DNA of 64,000 nucleotides, from contig JAHLTZ010000013.1 in assembly GCA_025786725.1 (NCBI GenBank), forward strand, positions 248,001 through 312,000. The letters are read 5' to 3'. Under the pieces are notes generated by a model, which ran no database searches, was not told the origin of the DNA, and saw only the letters and a list, made by a program, of their open reading frames with translations. The position numbers were made by a program, and so were the translations under genes. How positions within the stretch are numbered: position 1 is the first letter of the stretch; each line of letters opens with the position of its first letter. Shown here piece after piece: positions 1 to 12,595 of this stretch. Source of the stretch: Syncephalis fuscata S228. Taxonomy: Eukaryota; Fungi; Zoopagomycota.

Positions 1-47
1 TTTATATTAATAATAACAAATACCAACCAACTGTTACTATTCAATAG

Positions 48-502
48 TTGCAGAGCTTAAGGAAGAGCTTAAATCGGCCAAGGAACGAGAACAAGACTAT
101 ATTGATCAATTGGAACAGTTACAATCAAGTGAACTTTTGGAACTATATTCAAAGTTAACTGGTGCAGTTATTACACGCCAAACAACAGAAGATCCACGGG
201 ATATAGTATTTGACTTTGTGCACGAAGGTCGTAATGGAGGTAAGTTGGCATTAGTAGATAAATAACAAATAATTAATAAACTGTAATTAGTTATTCAATA
301 TCGACTAATATTCTCGCTTGAAGATGAAGATATTGAATTTATGCCGACCATGGATGCAGAAAGTGATCCAGAAATGTGGAGTCGTTTGCCAGAATTTATG
401 CGTGAACCTCTTTTATTTAACCAAGAAGAGCTATCGATGTTCTTTTGGCGAGTCAGTAACCATTTGAATCATCAGCATAAATCAAAGCGTCCCGTAGTCT
501 AA
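48..502 (+). CDS. CSM1: 3' exons of monopolin subunit Csm1/Pcs1-like protein (5' part outside window)
   Basis: Spliced exons 48-239 and 291-502 give a coiled-coil followed by LYSKLTG..FDFVHEGRNG|VIQYRL..F.P..LPEFMREPL.F, matching the Csm1/Pcs1 C-terminal pattern; stop TAA at 500-502. Confidence 0.8.
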
Positions 503-702
503 TACAAACATATCACTACTGTGTTTGTTTATCTAGTTTTTTGTGGTTATTATTGTTGTTAATATTAATGATAATGACATGGCCATTAGTTTATTAGTAA
601 TATTACATTTTTACTGAAACGACTAATGCTACATTAATTAATGATTACATGTCAATTGTATATTTATGGCTAAATAGTTGTCACTTTTTACTAATAATGT
701 GC

Positions 703-1464
703 TTAATTTTTAACAGCATTATTAATAAGCAATATTTTCGTGCCCGTGGTTGATACGCAGGCCATAAAGTGGCCATACTTAAAGTGTGCTTCAATTTTCC
801 ATGCGGGTACAACTTGACCGGTTTCTATGTGTACATAGGCTGGTGTAATGATAACCGACTTTGTAGTAAGAGGGGCATTGAGTAGATGATAGTGCTGTTG
901 TTGCTTCTTCTTTTTGTCTTGTACCATAATCTCTGTTAGATCACTGTTAGACGCAGGAACATTGATGTGCTTGGCCATTATTTGATATGCTTCTTTTGGC
1001 CTAATGTAATTGGCTACGGCGTGAGGACTCCAAGCCGAAACACCATCGATATTATGGCTAAAACTGTCGCTATAATTGATAACCTTGTTTTCAGCATCAA
1101 GATTTACGTTAATATCACCGTTGAATACTTCAACGCCGTGAATTTGTTGCTTAAGATAAAAATGGGCCATAAACGGCATTTTGGACTCATATTCATTAAC
1201 AATGATATAATCTCCCTTTGCCACATTAAGCTTTTGTTCAACAAACTTACTCATGGAATCCTTAGGAGTATCTTGTTTTAATGACGGTTGCATATTGTAT
1301 TCCTCAAGCATTTTAGACATAAAACTAAACTCGGCAACTTGCGGTACATTCACATAGATCGGCTTAGTAGACAAATAATCTTCATTTTCAGGCTGAACAC
1401 TACTACCTATTGCCAGGGCAGCAAGGGTAATTGTACCAATGATAGTAGAAAATCTAAAAAACAT
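703..1464 (-). CDS. Secreted protein consisting of a fungalysin (M36)-type propeptide (FTP/PepSY-like) with no catalytic domain
   Basis: Signal peptide; HFYLKQQIHGVEVFNGDINVNLD..VINYSDSF is FTP-like; PAWKIE..ACVS is PepSY-like; ends at aa 253 with no HEXXH. Confidence 0.75.
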   Translation of the reverse strand: MFFRFSTIIGTITLAALAIGSSVQPENEDYLSTKPIYVNVPQVAEFSFMSKMLEEYNMQPSLKQDTPKDSMSKFVEQKLNVAKGDYIIVNEYESKMPFMAHFYLKQQIHGVEVFNGDINVNLDAENKVINYSDSFSHNIDGVSAWSPHAVANYIRPKEAYQIMAKHINVPASNSDLTEIMVQDKKKKQQQHYHLLNAPLTTKSVIITPAYVHIETGQVVPAWKIEAHFKYGHFMACVSTTGTKILLINNAVKN

Positions 1465-1939
1465 CTTAATCCGTAATCAATTGATACGAATGGCGATTAA
1501 ATGATAGTTGCAAAACTGAAGATAACAAAAGCAAGAACAACAACAACAATAAAGCTATTTAGAATCAATTGAAGTAAAAATTGAATAAATTCGTTACAGT
1601 GTATTGAATAGAGGAGAGATACAGAGGTACAATTGAACGAAAAACAATTCGTTTTAAATACATCAATCAATCTCCGAAGACATAAGTATCACCATCTGAA
1701 ACAAGTTAATATTTTTGGCAAATGACATGTTATCAACGTGTATATTGGATTTCAAATGGGCAATTGGGACACATGGCGATCACGTTGTATCTGAATAGTG
1801 CACGGCGATTGAATAAGTGATTTACCGAGATATTTCGTATTTTAGTAATAACGTCTATTGTATAGGTAAATACCTGATTATAATACATATAAATTCGATA
1901 AGATTATTAATATAACCATTTAACAATTAATAGAAACAG

Positions 1940-1962
1940 TAATAATAATAATAATAATAATA
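1940..1962. repeat. (AAT)n microsatellite
   Basis: taataataataataataataata run. Confidence 0.9.
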
Positions 1963-2138
1963 AATGTAATGTCTATAGATATAATTACGAATAGAATACG
2001 AATTAACAGAAATTAACACAACTTTTAATTAAGTTTTGGCCAACTCGACCAGCCCCTTGCTTTATTAAACAGTTAGGAATTCTCTTTCTTTTAAATACTA
2101 AATAAATAAGTAGCCACTTGGTAAGTTATTTGTTAGTT

Positions 2139-4613
2139 ATGACACCGTTAGCACGTGCAGTTTCTATATTTGCCGCTGGTTTGCTGGCGTCGGCCGCGAT
2201 CATTCTACTACTTCACGACCCGCCCTACCCAACACCGCGTCATCTAGGTACTACAGACCCTATGACACTATTACCAACTGCCGAGGAAAACTACACGCAA
2301 CACCACTTAGTAGCGTCACCAGTACCACACTCTAAAGTCAAAGTTGTTGGTAATCTCGTCTATTTAGCAGCTACACAACCTCAATTAGTAATCAATGACG
2401 ATGGCGACTATACGCAATATGGTGGGTTAAACGGGTGTGCGCGCGTATGCCTATATTGCTTGGTACATAAATGTCGACTGACATTTTAGTATATTGGCGT
2501 CTAGGCCAGGTTAATATTCTTTATAGATCACTTTATAATAATGGTGATGAAATGTATGGATCATCAAACGATAAAGGTACGTGTTTATTATGACGTCAAC
2601 TTATAAATTCGTATAAATGGCAAATACTAACTGTATTCGTGTGTATGTAATAATAGAACAGGCATGGACGATGGCGGTGACTGAGCAATTAGAAGGCTGT
2701 ATTAGTACATTGCCTAATGATACTGATAATTGGATTCATGTGTTATATTATACAATGAAGCCACATCTCCAGTTTCGATTACGATCTTATCAAATAGTCC
2801 ATCGACATGATTCAATTTCTCGTAAGTCAATCCATTGATTGATTAATAGTGTAATAGTTAAACAAAGGTGTAGTTGCCCAGTGTGCACAATCAACAGTGT
2901 ATCCCATAGATGAAATACATCAGATTACTATGTGTGATATTGAATTACCAGGAAATACTTGGATTGAAGATGCTATTGTTGATAATGGCCTATTTATATA
3001 TACTAGGTAATTATATACTATTACTACTACTACTATTATTATTATTATTAGACTATTTGGGTTGATTGTATATTAATAAACTATAAATAGACGACCAGAT
3101 ATTGCACGATTCCGTGTATATCAGTTACCGCATATTAATACAAATAGTAATACATTAGCTACATCTGTTATTAGTGGTCCAATTTTAAGTAAGTGTTATA
3201 AAATCATATGTATACATATATAGTTTAAATAGTAATTCTATATTAATATTTATCTTAGATGAGAAATTACCTGAAAAGACTGGCTTTCGTCGATTACCCA
3301 CATCTACGTATGTTTATTAAAAATAGCTATAATAGAAACCGCTCTAAATTGTTGTTTAGAAATGTTACACGTATTTTACTGGCCGAAGTTCGTCAACAAG
3401 ATTTGGCAGGCAATTTTGATTTTAAAGTACGGCTTATTAGTAATGCTGGACAATCGGCGGAAATATCACGGGATATCACACGGCGCTGGACTCATACGCA
3501 AGTCATTGATGTTAGTAATTTATTTTACATCTATAAAATACTGATATTAACTATTTAATGCTATTTAGTCGTTATACCACTCAATGGATGTTAATCGTAT
3601 AAGCACTGATATTGATGGTGATCCTATTGATGATGACGTAGATAAACCAAAATTTCCTTTATTATCCAGACCTATGCCTATCATTAGTAAGTTGTGATTA
3701 TTACAGTTGATAGTGATAGCTACTACAGTCCAATTAACTATATTAAATGAATAACTAGCCTCTGGTCTACATACAACCATTGTAGCATTTCCTCATTCTC
3801 AAGTGCTATTCTCGTTGGATGAGATAGATGATCAGAAGGGTCATTATAAACTAAGACCGCTTGAGGTGCCTTACGTGGAGAATGCGTCAAATGCCGTTGC
3901 AGGACTTTACGTCAATAGTAAAGGATCGTATTTGGCCATAGTAACGACAGTAAGTAGTAGTAGTGACCCTATTAATGCTACAGCGTCATTTATCTGTTAA
4001 TGCATCTATTTTATATAGGATAATACTATAATGTTATTTTCACGGGGTAATGGCGATTCATTTCTAGAATTACTGCTTCGAGATGATGCAAGGGATATCG
4101 ATGATATCAGAAATGATGAGAATACTCGTGGAGAAGCACCCCATTTAAATCTGTTACGTAATGCGCGCGACGATCTTGCTCGACGCTGGAGACTAAAAGC
4201 CATTATTCCTGCCAGTGATAATATAACCGTAAGTGTTATTTGAAATACATGATAGCTGTCAATTTATATATTTAATTCAATCAAAACTAGTCGGTAGTGG
4301 ATGCAGTTTTTATTAATGTATCCAACCAAGAGAATGCCACCGTATTAGGTAAGTGTTATTATCTATCAAAGCTATTTTAATTAATAAACGTGTAGTATTA
4401 TTGCACGCTGATAATCGACTAAGCCAATGGCATCTTACAAGTACTTATTCCACGTGGTCATGGCCATTAGCACTGTATACCGAGCACTGGGTTTTATGCT
4501 TAAGTAAGTTGAAACAATTTGGTGTTTTCTAAACTGTTGATTAACTTTAAATACCAATAGTAATGACAGCTATTGTAATGATGTTTAGCGTTCATGAATT
4601 GAGGTTGCGTTAA
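2139..4613 (+). CDS. Multi-exon uncharacterized protein with N- and C-terminal hydrophobic segments
   Basis: ATG 2139 (MTPLARAVSIFAAGLLASAAIILLL); chain of ORF pieces bounded by gtaagt/tag introns; ends ..VMMFSVHELRLR* at 4613. Exon limits not all verified. Confidence 0.6.
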
Positions 4614-5402
4614 TCGAGTAGAATTTAATATAGATCTGGTAAGGATAAAGATGATAGGATGATGGGACTAGTAGCTAATTTATGTAAAGTTTATATGCTT
4701 TGTTACAAAAGTCTTATTGTACAAATAGCTTTGGGTAATTATACTAATAAAACTACGGCTACCATCACATAGTTGCTATTATTAAGCATCACTTTTACAA
4801 TGGCTTTCTGATTATTTAAAACCTAATGATTTTAAAACAAGCAACTAGCCAACCAAATATTGCATCATCTTCACATGGTGCGTTCAAAGCAGTCAATGAT
4901 TGAATTAAAAACATTATAATCTTTGTTTTTATTTTTGTACTATTTAAACGTGTAAAGGACAAACTTAGTAAACACAATAGTTTTTTTTTGAGTTACTGTG
5001 CTTGAGCAAAGATAAACATTGTTAATTGCAGTATTATCTTTAGGTTATTACGTTTTGGAGTAATTTGAAAATTGATGGGTGTGCATTTGATTGGTATTAG
5101 TTTGTAAAAATGATGGGTTGCTCCAGCTCCACGTTTAACATATCAATTGTGCTTTTTTTTAACTATTATGGATAAGCAAGTGATTACCGATAAAGTAGCT
5201 ATAATATAAATAGTAACTGAAATCAGCACAGCATTTTCTAGCATTATCGCATCTAAAATTTTCTTTATTCTTACTTTAAAAGTAGCTTGTTGTCTGTCAT
5301 ATTTATTGCCATCAATATAAAGACACTTAGTAGCCTATTCATTGTTAAGCAAACACACTTGATTTGCAATTTAAACGGGAGAACACGTTATAGATAATTA
5401 TA

Positions 5403-5876
5403 ATGTTTTACAAAAATATTACTCAATTGATTGTTATTACTACAATCGGGCAACTATACTGGATTACCAATGTTTTTGCCCTTCCCGCCTTTAACCAAAG
5501 CCTTGGACGATTTAATAGTGTAGTGCCTACCGTAGCTATTAGCAAAGATACAGTAATTACGCATAGCGTATCTGAGCCCAACACTAGTTTATGCCAGGTT
5601 ATAGACGGCATAGCCCGGTGTATTCAACAAAAGGTTGCCAACAGTGCGCCAAGATTTGCTAGTGGCGCTGTCTTTCCTCTTGCTACTGTCGCTGCTACAG
5701 CAATGTTTGCCGATCCAACGGGTCTAAGTGCAGTAGCAATTGGTTCTGGTATTGCTGCCTTGACAAGCAGTAAAATAGAAAAAGAAATTAAACAGCAGAT
5801 TGATAATCACCAAAAGAAACATCCTATACTGCCAGCACTGCCTCCACGCACTCTAATCCCCATACTGTCCAATTAA
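5403..5876 (+). CDS. Small secreted protein, 157 aa, intronless
   Basis: Signal peptide ending VFA-LP; central hydrophobic hairpin; TATATAA upstream at about 5316. Confidence 0.7.
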   Translation: MFYKNITQLIVITTIGQLYWITNVFALPAFNQSLGRFNSVVPTVAISKDTVITHSVSEPNTSLCQVIDGIARCIQQKVANSAPRFASGAVFPLATVAATAMFADPTGLSAVAIGSGIAALTSSKIEKEIKQQIDNHQKKHPILPALPPRTLIPILSN

Positions 5877-5985
5877 TTAAATAAAGAATGCTTAAATGTT
5901 TATATAATAGTTGTGACATTTTAATGAAACTGTAGCTATAATGCTGATTTACTAATTACTAATATTTATAAAATATTTCCACCGT

Positions 5986-7557
5986 CTATCGCTGAGCACA
6001 TCCAGAACAATTGTGTAGTGCTTCGTGAATAAACAGATCGCATTCTAGACAAAACAGCTGATGGCACTCTGGACATTTAAACCGATCGCTAGCCCGTTGT
6101 GATTGCGTGTTTGGTGGTGCCGTTTCAAATAGTGAACGACATCCAAAACACCGTTCGTCATATTGACCTGATAGCACTCTATTATCACAATTATCATAGC
6201 TGTTAAATAACATTTAATAACAACAACTTACTCTTCCCATTTGACCTCCAAGAAATTCTTGACCGGAAATAAGTGATGATAGGAACGGGCAAGATGTGGA
6301 CTAGCTACCAGGGAGAGTCCACAAACATCACAGTCTGATGGCAGTTCACATACTTTGGAACTGCATTGTGGACATACATATCCACCTAGTACGGGCTTTC
6401 TATGACTAAACACACATCGGTCTATATTAATGATCTATCTACAATACCATTGATATCAATAGAAACTTACCACATACATAGAGATGGTGTTCGTTCCATA
6501 ATACGACGTGGAAATCCCATAGCTACTAGACTAGCAGTTCTGGTTGTCGATATAACTGCGGGCGGTGTTACTAACTCAAATAATAAATCTTTATAATGTG
6601 GCTCATTTAACACAACATTAAATGTGCCTATCATTTATAGCCAATTAGTTGGCTAGCCTCTAGATATTTAACAGGCAAATTCATATATTATTGCTTACCG
6701 TTTGTTTCACTGGCCATTGTGCGGCATAGTTGTATTTCTGCTGCTAATCCGATTACTGAACATCGGACCTTTTCCCGTTTATAACGCTCAATAGTATCAA
6801 ATATATTACCCGGGTCACAAGTTGTCAACGATCCAAATAGCACAAGCACTTCACGGGAACCATGAGGAGGTACGTGACTAGCAGTAGTATATTTGTATTC
6901 ACATTGATATGTTTGCTCATTATCGCTCGCTTACCTGAGCGAACTTCTAGCGGTTTCTAATGCATTTTGCAATGATGGCTCGCCTGTCGCTTCTTTCATT
7001 CGTTTTTCCTTGAGTACTCGGATATGTTCCATTGGATTACCTACAATTCCACGAGTTACTCTGCCTATAATTACGTATAATCCAATATTGCTTACCGCTT
7101 AGTTCGGTCAGTTTCTCGGCAATACCGTCTCTTGTAATAATAATCCCCAATTGACTAATTGGATTCTGATCAAAATATTCTCCAATAAACGTTTCGGCCA
7201 GACTAAGCGTCAGCTCTAATCGAGATGGTCGTAGATCTTTTTCCATCATCGATGCCGACAAGTCAATCACAATAAATAAATGTCTAATAATACCGCGTTG
7301 AATGGTATCTGTATCGCGCAACAATCTTTCACATATTTAAATGTTAAATAAAAGCTTGAAATGCGCTTAATTTCTTACCTTCGACGAATCTGTTGCTGCT
7401 TGATGGTCGCCACCACGCTTTGTAAACTACCCTCCTCATCCTCCTGTAAGACATCCCAACTACGCTTGAATTCCTCCCAAGCTAGACTCTGCTCCTTTCC
7501 CTTTTCTTCGTCTTCTCCTTCAACGTCCACGTTGACTTCATCTTCAGGCGGCGCCAT
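5986..7557 (-). CDS. SSL1: TFIIH subunit Ssl1/p44 (GTF2H2), multi-exon
   Basis: [36 protein letters not shown] vWA domain; [22 protein letters not shown]; C-terminal CFGC..CPEC..CLECD..HNC.GC. Confidence 0.95.
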
Positions 7558-7894
7558 AGTGTAATAGAAAGAATGGCAAAGTTGATTGAGGAATTCCTAA
7601 ACCAATTAAGTATTGTTACGTTTGGAATTTGATGGTTGCCATTAAAATTCAATCCAATCAATTGATGTTAGATCGTTACATTCCCCTATTTAAACAAACT
7701 TCTTGGGCGTTTAATATCTTTTTTCCTACATAGTTCACTCACTCTTAAATAGCGCTTTTAATTTATACTGAAAATAGTCAATTTAAGCTATATTTTATTT
7801 TATATATCTTATTTTTAAAACAAACTAAATTTAATTGATTTTTTCGTTCAACTTTAGCTACTATTGGCCGTGTTTTAATATAAGCTTTTTATTT

Positions 7895-8309
7895 TTGTAT
7901 AATTATCTCTGTATATTCAATTCAATAAATTGGGTAATATATATATATACTATTATTCATTTACCATTAATATTAATAATGTAAATACGAGTTAGATGCA
8001 TATAATACTATTCCATTTAATACAAAGCATAAATTGATATTCTTATTTAAATCTTTATGTTAGAGCAACTGCAAGAACAGCGACTGAATGAAGAAAATAG
8101 TTTAAAGCAAAAATGATGGATTATCATGCGATAGTTCCAGTCAGCATAGCAACAACAACAACATAGCATTGGCTGTCTGTGTTATCGTCAGGCAGTTGAT
8201 TATAAGAATGCATATGCCTATTTGCATAACATCTTTTGTGTTTTGCAGAAAACATACCAACTCAATTGAATATCGTGCTACTTATCTATATTCTTGTAAA
8301 ACAACACAT
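7895..8309 (+). repeat. ~415-bp dispersed repeat, direct copy of 19496-19907
   Basis: Near-identical from ttgtataattatctctgtatattc to cttgtaaaacaacacat, with only a few differences by eye. Confidence 0.95.
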
Positions 8310-9582
8310 ATTTATTAATACGGTAATTTGAATGATAAGTAATAAAACTGGTCTATTTAGAGCATCAGTATGTTATAGAATATGCCATTATTAAATAATA
8401 AATGTAATAAAAGATAAATAAATATTATTAATGTATAGCTTAGTAAAATAGTAAATATATTAACAAAAAACATTTAGCCTTTTTTTTGTACGTTAACATG
8501 CGGTAATATTCAAAGGAAAGTGATATAAATATAGCATAATGATCGAACAATGCTACATCAAACAATGCTTAAACTTAGTTGTCTACTTCTATTGTCTATC
8601 TATTTATATACAATTATCAACAGTTTGGCATTTATTTGAAGTGTTTTATGCAAAAAACATGCTAAATGACACAGCAGTAACATCCAAGTATAATTATTGC
8701 TTTGATTTTTATTTATCTTAGCTGGATAGCTGCAACTATATATGCCTTGCATCATCATTTCTTCTAAAATACTTGTTTATTCAGTCTACTTACAACATAC
8801 TGACTAATAATGTAGCCAGCTTCTATGTGTTGCAATTTACCCAAATAGAAACAAAAAACAACAAAAGTACAGTCTAAGTTTAAAAATGACTGCTAAATTT
8901 ATTCCATTGTGTTAACGAGTTTTTGGTCTGGCCCGCCTTATTGAAATACCTATTCATATGAAACAAATAGTGATTATGAGTATGCCTTTTCTTTTCCAAA
9001 TGCGCGTTGCTGCAGGTGTTTATCCAATCGATGCTAATAATAACTTCTAGATTGGCTTGTACATTCGCTATTAGACTTGTCACTTGTTTAACTAGTAAAA
9101 ACACTAATTAACATCATCTAGACTTTTTAGATAGGATTACAATAAAACTTCGGCGCTAATACTTGTATATGCGGTTTATTGGTCCACAATAGTTGTTGTA
9201 CACTAATAATCCTGTTTAACGAGTATTTGTAAAATGATGTTGTTGATTGGTGCTAAGTCTAAGTAAAATCTGCCATCTCAATCATCTACCATATGTTTTT
9301 ATTATCAAGGCCTTTGTTTGATGTTTGCATAAAGTCACAGTATTTGTGCAACTTAAATCCAGTTATTTGCAGCGACCAAATCGCTCAGGCTCATTATTAG
9401 AACTATGGTCATATACCAAGCCAAGTTTGCTCTCCTTAATATTTAAAAGCAATTGCTTTATAATGTTTGCCTAGTCGATTTATTTCGCTATAGTCTTATC
9501 AACTACCCGCTGTCTTTACTACTTTACTACTTTACTTTTTACCTTTTTCGTTAACTAAACGTGCTTTTATTGACTATTAAAT

Positions 9583-10575
9583 ATGGGGTTTTTTACCAAA
9601 CACTTTACTAATGATATGATCCCCGATCAAAGCGGCAAAATAGCCGTAGTCACAGGAAGCAATACTGGTCTCGGCTATCATGTTGCCTTGCAGCTAGCAC
9701 GTACTGGATGCCGCGTCTATCTTGCTTGCCGCAGCGAGGAACGGGCGACCGATGCCATGGCACGGATTCGACAAGATTTGGCTCAGCTTACGGACAACGA
9801 TGACTACAAGCCTGACATTCATTTTCTGCATCTTGATTTGAATAGCCTAAAGAACGTTGACGAAGCGGCCGACAAACTACTGACACTAGAATCAAAAATC
9901 GATATTCTTATTAATAATGCGGCAATTATGACCACACCCTACGGATTATCCGTCGACGGCATTGAGGGACAATTTGCTGTAAACCATGTCGGCCCGTATC
10001 ATTTTACACAACGACTAATTCCGGCAGTTTGTGCAGCAGGCTCACCTGAGCGTCCTGCAAGAATTATCTTTACCTCAAGTATCGGACATAATCTCGTGCC
10101 AAAATGCGGCGTTGAATTAACACTCGATGGCATCAACAATCCAGCCACCTATAAACCAATTAGCGCTTATGGTCGGACAAAACTAGCCAACATTCTTACG
10201 GCAAAATACTATGCAGATCAGTTTAAAAAGGAAAGCGATGCCAAAAACGAGCCATTGTCGATTCTTGTCAATGCTGTGCATCCAGGTTCCGTTCGGAGTG
10301 AACTTACCCGCCATACACGCACAACATTCGGCCCCTTCATTGATGTGTTATTTAAAATCTATTACTTCTTTGCTGGTATATCACCTGCAGACGGTGCACT
10401 CTCAACATTGTATGCCGCAACGTCAGAAGAAATTCAATCGAAACAATACAACGGCGAATACTTTGTCCCGTATGGCAAACTCAAAATACCAAGTGAACTT
10501 GCCCGTAGTGAAAAGCTACGAGATGATGTATGGAACTTTACTCAAGAACTAATTGCTGAGAAGCTACCTAAGTAA
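9583..10575 (+). CDS. Short-chain dehydrogenase/reductase, retinol dehydrogenase/WWOX-like
   Basis: TGSNTGLG, NNAA, YGRTK motifs; intronless 330 aa. Confidence 0.92.
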   Translation: MGFFTKHFTNDMIPDQSGKIAVVTGSNTGLGYHVALQLARTGCRVYLACRSEERATDAMARIRQDLAQLTDNDDYKPDIHFLHLDLNSLKNVDEAADKLLTLESKIDILINNAAIMTTPYGLSVDGIEGQFAVNHVGPYHFTQRLIPAVCAAGSPERPARIIFTSSIGHNLVPKCGVELTLDGINNPATYKPISAYGRTKLANILTAKYYADQFKKESDAKNEPLSILVNAVHPGSVRSELTRHTRTTFGPFIDVLFKIYYFFAGISPADGALSTLYAATSEEIQSKQYNGEYFVPYGKLKIPSELARSEKLRDDVWNFTQELIAEKLPK

Positions 10576-10762
10576 TTGTGCAACATAACACTTTTGTCAA
10601 CTTACCAAATACGCTTTCCATTTCTAATAATCAACTGAATAAATCAATTCATTATTATTTAATTATTTTATAACATATTACTAAAAATGGATACATGATG
10701 TTTACAAATTATACCGTTATCTTTATAGCTGCAACTCATAGCAAATATACTAGTGTTTATTC

Positions 10763-12029
10763 TTAAGAATGTTTGGCGTAAATCTTTTCTAAATCAGTAA
10801 CATCGTCTACACTTCCTAAAAAGATGCCACTGCGGTCGTGAATATGCTCTGGCACCACGTCTAACATACGCTTACGACCAGTGCTTGCCTTGCCACCTGC
10901 CTGCTCGACTAGCATAGCCATGGGGAAGCATTCGTAGAGAATACGTAGCTTGCCCTTTTTCGACTTGCTATCGGCGGGATAGGCGAAGATACCGCCGTAC
11001 AAAATGGTTCGATGTACATCGCCTACCATAGAACCGATATAACGAGACGAGTAAGGAGAACCGGTGGCTGGATTCTTTAAACTTTCAAAGTATTCCTTGC
11101 ATGCATCGTCCCAATATCTTGAGTTACCCTCGTTGACCGAGTAGATCTTACCACGAGGTGGTATACGAATCTATCAATGACAGCATGTTAGATGCTGTGT
11201 GTAGTTATACCTTTTTAATTACATTAGGATGTGTCAGAATAAATTCGCCAATACTCTAATGATTGTTACCACAATGGTTAGTAGTTAGTAGCCACTATGA
11301 TGCACATATCTTACCGAGTCTAGGGTATAACCATCTACACCGTGGCCAGTTGTCAATAGCAAATTGCACATACTGCCGTAGTTACAGTAGCCGGCAGCAA
11401 CCATTTCGTTTCCAGGGCGTAGTACGTCATCAATTGTACCTGGAGATCCGTCTTTCTATATATACATATACATGTTGATTTACGTAAGTATAGTAATAAT
11501 GTAGATATCATATACTATAGCTTCTTACAATACGGTAAATTCCAAAAATGGTACCAATATTAACTCCGGCATCAATATTGCTACTGCCATCAAGTGGATC
11601 AAATACTACGCAGTATTTGCCACGTAGACCTTCTTCAACAATGAATGCCTCTTCATTCTCCTCTGATACCATTACGGATACCTTGCCGCAAGTTTTGAGG
11701 GCATTGATGAAAATATCGTTCGAAAGAACGTCAAGCTTCTTTACGTCTTCTCCTTGCACGTTGACGGCGCCAGCCAATCCCATACTATCGTATAGACAAG
11801 CCATAAAGTCATAGGCCAGTTAATAGACCCCAATATGGTTGCTTAGTATTTTGAATACTTACAGTTGGATAAGACCGGCCTTGCGTACACAGCTGGCTAC
11901 GTATTTGCAGCCAAGTTGAATACTGGTCAATAGCAGAGTCAAGTCACCAGTGGCATCTGAGTGCTGGTGCTGGTCATTCAATACATGACGCGTCAATGTA
12001 ATCAAATTGGTACGTGTATGGTCAGCCAT
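10763..12029 (-). CDS. FBP1: Fructose-1,6-bisphosphatase (class I), multi-exon
   Basis: [46 protein letters not shown] motifs. Confidence 0.97.
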
Positions 12030-12595
12030 GATAGGTACAGAGAAATGTTTTAGTGGCAACTACACTGATGGCGGGTTATATTTAATAGCTAGAATGCGGC
12101 ACTTGTTCAAGGAGTAGAGCGAATGTGTGGGAAAGATATGGGAAACGAGTAATATGCGTGGCGGTTTTTATGACCATGCAGCCACGTCAGCCATTCGGAA
12201 TAAATCGGAGGCATCCACGGCAACCAATTTCAGGTTATAAAATAATGATAATTGTAATAACAAACAATAGCAGTATAACATTAAACTTACTGTGCAGTAT
12301 ATTTAAGACTGTCTATTTCAAAGGATTAAGACAAACAATACAAATCAATAGTGTGTTTATGTTGGTGGATTTGATTAATAAATAGTTGTTATATATTGCA
12401 CATTGTCATCAGTCATATTAAACAAGTAAATACATTGAATATGTAAATATAATCAACTAATTGCTTAGTATGCAATAATAATAGTTATATTAATTAAAAT
12501 GCTTTAATTATGTACATATTTTATACTAAATAGCACTTTATTATTACTGTAAATACCAATTATGCCTGCATAATGGAAAACAGTTACAAATAATC

